Source: a virus
Taxonomy: Duplodnaviria > Caudoviricetes
IMG/VR virus record: IMGVR_UViG_3300025889_000841
Location: 1-26,008 of that record
DNA length: 26,008 nucleotides
Reading direction: 5' to 3' (one strand)
A program made the translations under genes and the position numbers. Below, in pieces: positions 1-6,727 of the stretch. Within the stretch, counting starts at the first letter, position 1, and each line of letters begins with the position of its first letter. The notes below the pieces were generated by a model. It searched no databases. It was not told where the DNA came from and worked only from the letters and a program-made list of their open reading frames with translations.

Positions 1-170
1 ATCAGTTTGCCACGTCTTGTGATCGGCATCCCGTTTTCGTCGTTCAGCTTGACCTTAACCCTTGCACCGATCATGTCGCTGCTCTTCATGTAACTTGGCA
101 ACTCAAAGCTGCCGACTGTTCCAGCCGCGCAATCGTCGATCACGCCAATGTATCTTGTTGTTCCGATCAT
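1..170 (-). CDS. Hypothetical protein, truncated at window edge (MIGTTRYIGVIDDCAAGTVGSFELPSY...)
   Basis: Not in ORF track. ATG at 170 with AAGGA upstream; ATGA overlap with the upstream 40-aa ORF; frame open to the window edge. Confidence 0.65.
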   Translation of the reverse strand, partial: MIGTTRYIGVIDDCAAGTVGSFELPSYMKSSDMIGARVKVKLNDENGMPITRRGKL

Positions 171-289
171 TTTTTATTCCTTGTTGCCATTGGTTTACGT
201 TTTTTTGGTAAATTTTCCACTATGGCAGCGCCAAGCCCGAAAAACAAAAATAAAACTAAAAACGTGATGAACAATTCTTCGCAACTCAT
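167..289 (-). CDS. Small single-pass membrane protein, 40 aa (MSCEELFITFLVLFLFFGLGAAIVENLPKKRKPMATRNKK)
   Basis: Manually translated. GGAGG Shine-Dalgarno upstream of ATG 289; one hydrophobic helix then a basic tail; stop overlaps the next ATG. Confidence 0.65.
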   Translation of the reverse strand: MSCEELFITFLVLFLFFGLGAAIVENLPKKRKPMATRNKK

Positions 290-311
290 GTTGTTCCCCT
301 CCAGGTTGTTT

Positions 312-325
312 GGGGCCGAAGCCCC
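312..325 (-). other. C(UUCG)G tetraloop hairpin, GGGGC-UUCG-GCCCC
   Basis: Perfect 5-bp GC stem between two early ORFs. No U-tract on the minus strand, so more likely a stabiliser or processing hairpin than a terminator. Confidence 0.55.
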
Positions 326-337
326 GTTTGATTAGGC

Positions 338-523
338 TTACGCCATTAACTCTGCATAAAATTCCATCGCTTCTTTCATTGACCATTTGTAAGCGTCAAA
401 CCATTGGGCGCTTTCTTCCTGTGATTGAACAGAATAACCACAACCATCTTTCCAAGCAGTAATTATCAGACCATTAATAACCTTGCTGTATATTCTTCCT
501 AATTTGGTAGTTGTGTAGTTCAT
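338..523 (-). CDS. Hypothetical early protein, 61 aa
   Basis: First ORF downstream of the strong promoter; GGGA upstream of ATG. Confidence 0.7.
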   Translation of the reverse strand: MNYTTTKLGRIYSKVINGLIITAWKDGCGYSVQSQEESAQWFDAYKWSMKEAMEFYAELMA

Positions 524-550
524 GTCTGCGTTCCCGTTGCTGTTGTGATC

Positions 551-610
551 ATTATACGGGTCTTCATACGAAAGTAAAAGGTTTTTTATACTTTTTTACA
601 AATAAATTAT
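551..610 (-). promoter_or_regulatory. Strong sigma70-type promoter with UP element
   Basis: Minus strand: A-tract region (TGTAAAAAAGTATAAAAAA), -35 TTTACT (578-573), 16-nt spacer, perfect -10 TATAAT (556-551), about 28 nt upstream of ATG 523. Confidence 0.75.
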
Positions 611-848
611 ATTGGTGCTTCAGGTAGGGGTGGGTTCTGCTTAGCAGCGCCCTAGTTGCTACGACTACACTTGATTCGCCAGGAGCGCTATTGGCGTATA
701 CGCTTGCCAAATATAGCTGCGATTTAGGCGGTTCTACTGGGGTTGTTTAATAAGCAATGCAATGTATAGGGTATGGCGCAAAAACGCCTCAGAACGGTTT
801 AGAATGCGTCTGGTGAGGGATTATGGTTGAGGGTAATGTTGCTGGCAT

Positions 849-871
849 AAAAAAGCCCGCGTTAGCAGGCT
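849..871 (-). terminator. Rho-independent terminator ending the late operon
   Basis: Minus strand AGCCTGC-TAAC-GCGGGCT followed by a T-tract, downstream of the last late gene. Confidence 0.85.
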
Positions 872-956
872 GATTTGTTGGGGTGAATGCCCAGGGATCT
901 AACCTGGTGCCGACAAGACGGGGAGGGGAGGCCGGCAGTCACAGACGCACTCAAAG

Positions 957-1190
957 CTATTGTCCGATAATCTTTGATGTAATGCCAGTCCAAACTGCAA
1001 TGCAGAGGCCAACTACCATCGTCCCGATAAGCGCCATCGACCCGTGGTCGGCGAGCTTTCGCATTCGCCTGCCGAACCGTAGGTCCTCCCGAAACTCCTC
1101 GACAGACGCGGGGTTGTTGATGTCGATGCCCAATATTGCAAATACTTTTTTGACTGCAAGGTCTGCAACCTCTTGAGCATCGCCGGACAT
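957..1190 (-). CDS. Small membrane protein, holin/antiholin-like
   Basis: 77 aa with a C-terminal TM helix (GSMALIGTMVVGLCIAVWTGI); last gene of the late operon. Confidence 0.6.
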   Translation of the reverse strand: MSGDAQEVADLAVKKVFAILGIDINNPASVEEFREDLRFGRRMRKLADHGSMALIGTMVVGLCIAVWTGITSKIIGQ

Positions 1191-1192
1191 GA

Positions 1193-1531
1193 TTACAAGC
1201 CCTGTCCTGGGGTGATGTAAACCGTTGCGGTCCCAGACTGGGCCTTGCCGGTAAAGTAGACGTCGGCGCCAAAGCGCAAGACCTCGTCAGTACCAGGTAA
1301 CAGCGGGATTGATGTCGCCACGGTATTTGCTCTGGTCACCGCGTCAGCCGCTGATGCTCCAACGCCCAAGAACACCAGTACGGAGCTGGAGTTGATGATC
1401 CGGTACTGGCCTGCACTGGTGCTGGTGGCAGGGTTAATCGGGGCCTGCTGGCCAGTTGGTGGTGTCCCAGCAGCCGCGATGGTAATCGTGTTACCAAGCG
1501 GGTGAAAGGGGATGTTTGATTGGCTACCCAT
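1193..1531 (-). CDS. Hypothetical virion-associated beta-rich protein
   Basis: ORF track 1193..1552; start re-assigned to ATG 1531 (MGSQSNIPF), preceded by GGAG. Confidence 0.7.
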   Translation of the reverse strand: MGSQSNIPFHPLGNTITIAAAGTPPTGQQAPINPATSTSAGQYRIINSSSVLVFLGVGASAADAVTRANTVATSIPLLPGTDEVLRFGADVYFTGKAQSGTATVYITPGQGL

Positions 1532-1727
1532 TGTCTTCTCCTGGCGCATCAAGCAACGCCTTTAAGTTGTTAACATATACAGTATTTGCCGACTGTACGA
1601 TGTCGTACTCAGACTGCAGCTCGGCCATTTTTTGCTGGCATCGTGAGAGCTGGCCGACGATAGCCTTTTGTTGATCAGTTAAGTCGTCGAAGTCGTAATC
1701 TTTGTCATCAATCGTTATCGTTCCCAT
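1524..1727 (-). CDS. Small coiled-coil protein (tail fibre accessory-like)
   Basis: MGTITIDDKDYDFDDLTDQQK... then a heptad-like helix; GGAG upstream of ATG 1727. Confidence 0.7.
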   Translation of the reverse strand: MGTITIDDKDYDFDDLTDQQKAIVGQLSRCQQKMAELQSEYDIVQSANTVYVNNLKALLDAPGEDNG

Positions 1728-1773
1728 CTTTTTCTCCACGGTTAAAATTTAATACTATCACCAGCCTTGTTGA

Positions 1774-2100
1774 TTACCAAGGTACGCCTGCTTCTGTGAC
1801 GGGGTTGATCTGACCGTCAATACTGGCCTGCAATCCTGCCTCTGTAGCGTCCTTGTCAACACCATCAGCCCAGCACCAGCCCAAGACCTCATCCTGAGTC
1901 AAGTCGGCATACGGGATGTAACCTGGTGCAGTTGGGTCAGGGCTGAAGCCACAGGTGCCATAAGACGATGAGCTGTATGTCACGCCCTCTGACTCTTCAG
2001 CGCCGTCACAGCGCCAGTGAGCTATTACAACAGCGCCGTCCATGTCTGCTGGCTGAATGTCTCGCTCCAACAGTTGTATCTTCCAATCGAATACGGTCAT
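1774..2100 (-). CDS. Tail-fibre-associated acidic protein
   Basis: GAGGAG SD; motifs HWRC and YIPYADLTQDEVLGW, ending GVPW, of the type seen downstream of phage fibres. Confidence 0.75.
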   Translation of the reverse strand: MTVFDWKIQLLERDIQPADMDGAVVIAHWRCDGAEESEGVTYSSSSYGTCGFSPDPTAPGYIPYADLTQDEVLGWCWADGVDKDATEAGLQASIDGQINPVTEAGVPW

Positions 2101-2110
2101 AATCTACTCC

Positions 2111-2356
2111 TCAAATTTGGATTGTTCGGGTTTGAATTGCGTCATTCGACGTGATATCCGCTTGAACTGCCGCGCAGATTGCCTGAACCTTTGCAGACTC
2201 ACTTGAGTAGTCATCGCCTGGGGATATAACGTGGCGATGGTATCCTGATGATAACTCTACGCCGTCCTCAACGATTGCGGTCTTTGTCCTGACCTGAACG
2301 TGTCCCGATTCAAGTACCTCGATCTTGTCTTCTGTTACTACTTTTTCTAAAGCCAT
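2111..2356 (-). CDS. Tail-fibre-associated small protein (putative chaperone)
   Basis: CAGGAG SD; DKIEV..G.VQVR.....EDG.E.S..YHRHV pattern typical of genes following this fibre type. Confidence 0.75.
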   Translation of the reverse strand: MALEKVVTEDKIEVLESGHVQVRTKTAIVEDGVELSSGYHRHVISPGDDYSSESAKVQAICAAVQADITSNDAIQTRTIQI

Positions 2357-2401
2357 TGTGTTTCTCCTGTCTGTGCCTAGAATCCACTAGGCATATGGTT
2401 G

Positions 2402-2881
2402 TTAAACTGTGTATTTATTAGACTTGCTTCTGTTTTCAGTTGCAGGTATCACTTGTAGATTGTTTTCCACATGAAACCCACTGACAGTCTTTCCTTGTAG
2501 AGGTATAACATGGTCAACCTCGTGAGGTATGCCTGTCTGTTCAGTTAGCCTCTGTGCTAATGCGTAAAGCTCTTTAATTAGCTCTCGATCAGCCCAAGTA
2601 GGTGTCGCCAATACGCAACGCTTTTCTCTTGCTGTTGTAGTTTCTAGCTTGCGGTGCTTGTTGTCTTTGTACCACTGCCTACTGTTTGCCAAATGTTTTT
2701 CTTTGTTTTGCTCGTACCACTCGCTATTAATATGACTGTGACGCTCTTTGTTTTTCATGTTCCATTGCTTGCCAGACAAGTGCTTACATGATTTGCACCA
2801 TGAGTGATAAGAATCACGGTCAGCTCTTTTATAAAACTGACCTAACTCTTTAGCCTCTTTACATTTGGTGCAAGTTTTCAT
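2402..2881 (-). CDS. Free-standing HNH endonuclease with N-terminal Zn finger (homing endonuclease-like)
   Basis: CxxC...CxxC N-terminus, basic helical linker, C-terminal HEVDHVIPLQG..VSGFHVENNLQVI....N..K.N HNH motif; TAATG overlap with the fibre stop. Confidence 0.85.
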   Translation of the reverse strand: MKTCTKCKEAKELGQFYKRADRDSYHSWCKSCKHLSGKQWNMKNKERHSHINSEWYEQNKEKHLANSRQWYKDNKHRKLETTTAREKRCVLATPTWADRELIKELYALAQRLTEQTGIPHEVDHVIPLQGKTVSGFHVENNLQVIPATENRSKSNKYTV

Positions 2882-5223
2882 TAAGCAGCCCTGTAAGAAC
2901 CAGACAACATTAGCCTTCCGCTACCGTCATAAATTAGATTATCACCCGTACCATCACTAACGTTGTCTCTCAATACGATATAACTTGCATTTAACTCAGT
3001 ATAGGCGGTTAAAACACCGCTAAAAGTAACATCGCGAATATAACCAATAGTTACACTTTCATAAGAAGTGCTTGCAGACGATGTTATAAAAGGGAGTCCA
3101 CCTACCTGAAGAGATCCGGCTCCAGTGCCTGAAGCCCACTGGATATAAAGCCTAAAATGAACCATGTCACCTATCTTTTCATATGTGCCTCCCTGTGTTG
3201 GATAAGTAGCAGAACCTGCTGTCGAACTTCCAGCCACCGTAGCTGTAAAAGTTCCAACCTCATAGTCATCCAGCGTTTTGCTTGATACGCTGCCGCCAGT
3301 GGTTCCGAAGACGACACCGCCTGATAGGTAGAGGTCTTTGAAGCGGTTAGTTGATGCACCTAGGGAAATAGCAGCATCCCTAGCACCTCCATTAGTTCCT
3401 CTTGGTATAATGTGAGGCCCAGTAGGGTCAAACAGCAAGTTTACATCAGCTTTACCTATGTAAGGCAGATTTACGTAAGTACCAATACTACCTACGGTTA
3501 TGCCGTCTTTGTAAAACTTAGCAATGTCACCATCAGATGTTCTGCGGTTTAAGTGCATTACTGGATAACTTGCCCTTACCGCCTCAATAGCACCGTATTC
3601 ATACAATCTTATGCCATCATCACTAAAGGTTGTAGTATTAGTACCAACCAACAAATTGCCTGCTGATGTCAGCCTAGCCTTCTCGCTCAAACCGCCAGTG
3701 TTTCTAACAGAAAACTGGAGATAGGCGTTAAAGTCGCCGACGGTAGCGTTTTCTTTTCTGGCGGCTATTGCTCCAAAGAAAGTTTCGCTAGTGCCAGTAT
3801 ATGTACCACCCAAAGATATCTGTGCGCCTTCGTTGATTGCTGCTGTGCTGGTGGTGGTGACGTACAAGTTGCCCCTGCTCTGAACTGCTGTATTAGGGCT
3901 TCTAATGTCTAAAGAAGCTGCTGGCGAGCTGGTATTGATACCAACCAGCCCCTCGCTAGTGATGCGAAGGCGTTCTATGGATTCTGTTTTAAACGCTATC
4001 TTACTACCGCCAGTCGCTGAGCGAGAATCAATAGTAGATAAACCGTTATTGTGATAAAGCTCTAATGCTCCTGTAGTAGCTCCTTGAAGCCTGATGCCTG
4101 CTGTTGTTCCTTCAACTTCAATTCCATTTGAGATAGCACCGAAAGCAGGCGAACTAGTATTAATACCCACGTTGCCTGTGCTATCAAGATATAGCGTGTT
4201 GCTAGGAGTTGCAGCTTCAATCTGAAAAGGATAGGCAGTGCCAGCAACCGTTGTATCTCTAATAGCAAAGTTACCACCATAAGAAGCCATCAACCATGTC
4301 TGATTAGATGCGTCAGTTTCTTGCAGTGTGAAGTTAGGAGCCGCCCCTGAGCTTCGTATTCCCTTGGCTGCATCAATACTGTAAGACGAACTAGGACTAC
4401 TATTACCAATACCTAACGATTCATCAGAAGCTGACCAGAACAACTTTGGAGTCGTGCCCGTGTCTTCATAAAATGACACATCGCCGTTGCTATTTACTCG
4501 AACCCTCTCAGTAGCCGTAGTAGACAGCCGAACTTGTGATTGTCCTTGTATATTTAAAGCTGTATTAATTGATTGAACCAAATGTACTGATGAGTCAGAA
4601 GTATCGGTAAATGTAATAGTTGGGCTTGGCTCTGTAAGGTTTATATCTCCTTCTACAGTAAGCCCATCCATCGTGGCTGTGCCAGTAACGTCTATGCCTG
4701 TGGCTAATGAGGACAGTTTGGCAGAGCCATTGTGATACAAAGTAACACCGCCATCGCTAGCGGAGAATATTTGATTCTCAGTCCCTGCCGAATTCATTAT
4801 TTGAACATTATCGCCAAGTATTTTTAAGTTGCCTGCGCCTAACTCTCTAATATATGATGAGTTATCTGCTGATACATGATAAATCTGTAGATCATCACCA
4901 TCACCAAAAGTAGCCTTGTCATTGTCGCCCAAGGCTATGCCGCCGTTGGCTGCGATTTCTCCAGATACCGTCAGGGTTGCGAAAACCCCGTCCTGACCGC
5001 CTTGGAATAGCTGCCAGACAGAGCCGTTGAAGATCGCCCAGTCGCCCTCGTCCCAAGTCGTTACGCCGTCCAAGTTGGTCGTACCGGCCACAGAGACGAC
5101 GTAATAGTCACCCTGAGTGCCAACGCTGCTGACCAGTGTCGGCGTGTTAGTCGCCGCGTCCCAAAGGCCCTTGTACTCCAGCGCACCAACCGTGTTTGCA
5201 ACTGACGTGATCGTTTTCAACAT
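2881..5223 (-). CDS. Long tail fibre / receptor-binding protein
   Basis: 780 aa, Gly/Ser/Thr-rich. N-terminal YKGLWDAATNTPTL...GDYYVV...GDWAIFNG domain; repeated GxVGINTSSP fibre junctions; C-terminal LDDYEVGTFT...Y.KIG..V..GLPF tip domain. Confidence 0.9.
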   Translation of the reverse strand: MLKTITSVANTVGALEYKGLWDAATNTPTLVSSVGTQGDYYVVSVAGTTNLDGVTTWDEGDWAIFNGSVWQLFQGGQDGVFATLTVSGEIAANGGIALGDNDKATFGDGDDLQIYHVSADNSSYIRELGAGNLKILGDNVQIMNSAGTENQIFSASDGGVTLYHNGSAKLSSLATGIDVTGTATMDGLTVEGDINLTEPSPTITFTDTSDSSVHLVQSINTALNIQGQSQVRLSTTATERVRVNSNGDVSFYEDTGTTPKLFWSASDESLGIGNSSPSSSYSIDAAKGIRSSGAAPNFTLQETDASNQTWLMASYGGNFAIRDTTVAGTAYPFQIEAATPSNTLYLDSTGNVGINTSSPAFGAISNGIEVEGTTAGIRLQGATTGALELYHNNGLSTIDSRSATGGSKIAFKTESIERLRITSEGLVGINTSSPAASLDIRSPNTAVQSRGNLYVTTTSTAAINEGAQISLGGTYTGTSETFFGAIAARKENATVGDFNAYLQFSVRNTGGLSEKARLTSAGNLLVGTNTTTFSDDGIRLYEYGAIEAVRASYPVMHLNRRTSDGDIAKFYKDGITVGSIGTYVNLPYIGKADVNLLFDPTGPHIIPRGTNGGARDAAISLGASTNRFKDLYLSGGVVFGTTGGSVSSKTLDDYEVGTFTATVAGSSTAGSATYPTQGGTYEKIGDMVHFRLYIQWASGTGAGSLQVGGLPFITSSASTSYESVTIGYIRDVTFSGVLTAYTELNASYIVLRDNVSDGTGDNLIYDGSGRLMLSGSYRAA

Positions 5224-5260
5224 TTTTTAAATCTCCAATTATGACCTTGGTGCGCCAACT

Positions 5261-6595
5261 TTATGGGTGTGAAGCCTTGTAGGCATCAAGCTCTGACTTC
5301 AATTCTTGTATCGCTTTTACCAAAACGGCAAACAAATTACTCTCGGTCAATCTCAGGCTTTCAGGGTCATTTGCGTCAATTATAACCGAATCATCAGGCT
5401 CTAGCTCTAAAATATCTTGGGCCAAAAACCCGTAACGAACAGGGCCGTGGGCAACCTCCTCCTCTCGGCTCAGCTTGTGCTGGTAACTGACCGGCTTCAG
5501 CTTGGTGACAAAGTCTAGGCCGTGCGGTACATCGCCAAAGTTCATCTTGTCTCGAGCGTCGGATGTGATCGTCCAAGCTATCTTGATGTAGGCCATTGTA
5601 GAGCTAGAAGACCCAAGGCTTATGTAATTACTTTGGGTCGTAATGTTAAAGGCAGGAAAATTTCCAGACCTGATCTCAAGATTTGAGCTGCCGGTACAGC
5701 TCCCCAAGGAGTAGTTGCCGATTGCAACATTATAGCTTCCGGAATTGTTTTCATTAAGCGCGGAGACTCCTACGGACACGTTTCTTTGCCCAGATACGTT
5801 TGAGGCTTGGGAAAAGGACCCTATGGCCGTGTTGTAGCTGCCAGAAATAGCGCCATCGCCTATAACCTCGGCAAGCGACCCATGACCGATAGCCGTATTT
5901 GAAATACCGGCAACATTTTTTTGCAGAGCAAGACCGCCCACTGCGGTGTTTATCGATCCAATTAAGTTTGACGAAAGCGCAGAGTATCCGACCGCCGTTG
6001 AAAACTGACTGCTTGTAGACAGCTTCAGGGCATCAAAACCAACGCCAACATTATAGGCTCCGGTCGTGTTTGACGTTAGCGCATCGTATCCGTAGGCTGT
6101 GTTTGTTGTAACCCCATTGCCGCCATAATTGATTGTTGACGATACCCAGTCAGTGCCGGTCCATATCTTTAGATAAAGGTCAACGCTGTTGTAATAAAGG
6201 TCGCCAACCTCAAGTGCCGTTCCATCATTCCTAGCCTCTGGGTCAAAGGCGTGAGCGCCTTGGTACTGTGTTATCTCTTCGACATTGTTAATGACATTGG
6301 TGACAATGGCGCTGGGGGCAGAGTAGACCGTTGAAAGGTTCTTGTCCTTTACGATGATCGAGTAACCAGATCCGACATAGACGTTCGCAGGGGTGCCGTT
6401 GTTGACGATGTAGCCGCCAGAGGTCCTGAGCGGTTGCGAGGCCATGATCGTAAAGCCAGGGTCCCAATAGACCTCCCTGGTTGCCGTGATAGCGTCCTGA
6501 TTCTCAAGGCCAATATAAACGTATCCAGCGTCCAACGGATCGCCTGCACCGTCGAAGAACACTGCATAGCCTGGGTTTACGGTGATCGCTGTCAT
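5261..6595 (-). CDS. Tailspike/fibre with P22 gp9-like head-binding domain and C-terminal intramolecular chaperone (S74-like)
   Basis: N-terminal G.PL..GYVYIG...QPLRT.GG...YSI.VKDK; ~14-aa NTAxGxxAL repeats; TSDARDK...GFLAQD...LVKAIQEL chaperone signature; P22 gene 9 position. Confidence 0.85.
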   Translation of the reverse strand: MTAITVNPGYAVFFDGAGDPLDAGYVYIGLENQDAITATREVYWDPGFTIMASQPLRTSGGYIVNNGTPANVYVGSGYSIIVKDKNLSTVYSAPSAIVTNVINNVEEITQYQGAHAFDPEARNDGTALEVGDLYYNSVDLYLKIWTGTDWVSSTINYGGNGVTTNTAYGYDALTSNTTGAYNVGVGFDALKLSTSSQFSTAVGYSALSSNLIGSINTAVGGLALQKNVAGISNTAIGHGSLAEVIGDGAISGSYNTAIGSFSQASNVSGQRNVSVGVSALNENNSGSYNVAIGNYSLGSCTGSSNLEIRSGNFPAFNITTQSNYISLGSSSSTMAYIKIAWTITSDARDKMNFGDVPHGLDFVTKLKPVSYQHKLSREEEVAHGPVRYGFLAQDILELEPDDSVIIDANDPESLRLTESNLFAVLVKAIQELKSELDAYKASHP

Positions 6596-6678
6596 TTAAT
6601 TGGTTCCTTCAATGCCCTTGCAATTCTGGCTTTTAGTTTACGATTTTTTGCATGTTGTAGCGATTCTTTTGTTATAGC
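6592..6678 (-). pseudogene. Relic duplicate of the 3' end of the upstream ejection gene
   Basis: Translates AITKESLQHAKNRKLKARIARALKEPIK*, 15/28 identical without gaps to the last 28 aa of 6728..8602 (AVIKESLDYVKNKKIKARIRASLEAPQK*). Preceded by in-frame TAG; its TGA overlaps the tailspike ATG. Confidence 0.85.
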
Positions 6679-6689
6679 CTAACTTGGCC

Positions 6690-6705
6690 TGTTTCACATG
6701 AAACA
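6690..6705. promoter_or_regulatory. parS: parS-like site (chromosomal ParB/Spo0J binding palindrome)
   Basis: TGTTTCACATGAAACA matches the canonical TGTTTCACGTGAAACA at 15/16 positions; intergenic. Confidence 0.75.
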
Positions 6706-6727
6706 TTTTTTGTTTTCAACGTAACAA

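Noticed and set aside
195-386. 63-aa ORF from the track
   Set aside because: It overlaps 338..523 and spans the hairpin; the alternative frame 167..289 has a proper SD, a TM helix and translational coupling.
862-1272. 136-aa minus and 97-aa plus ORFs overlapping the holin-like gene
   Set aside because: They overlap better-supported genes and the terminator, and have Arg/Pro/Ser-rich off-frame composition.
2463-2478. Second parS-like sequence (TTTTCCACATGAAACC) inside the HNH gene
   Set aside because: Several mismatches, and it is explained by the coding of the HNH motif GFHVEN.
2881-5223. Invertible (shufflon-type) tail fibre system
   Set aside because: No invertase, no inverted crossover sites and no opposite-strand alternative fibre ends were seen.
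6638-6706. Mini-ORF MFHVKQAKLGYNKRIATTCKKS across the parS site
   Set aside because: MFHVK is simply the translation of the parS palindrome; no SD.
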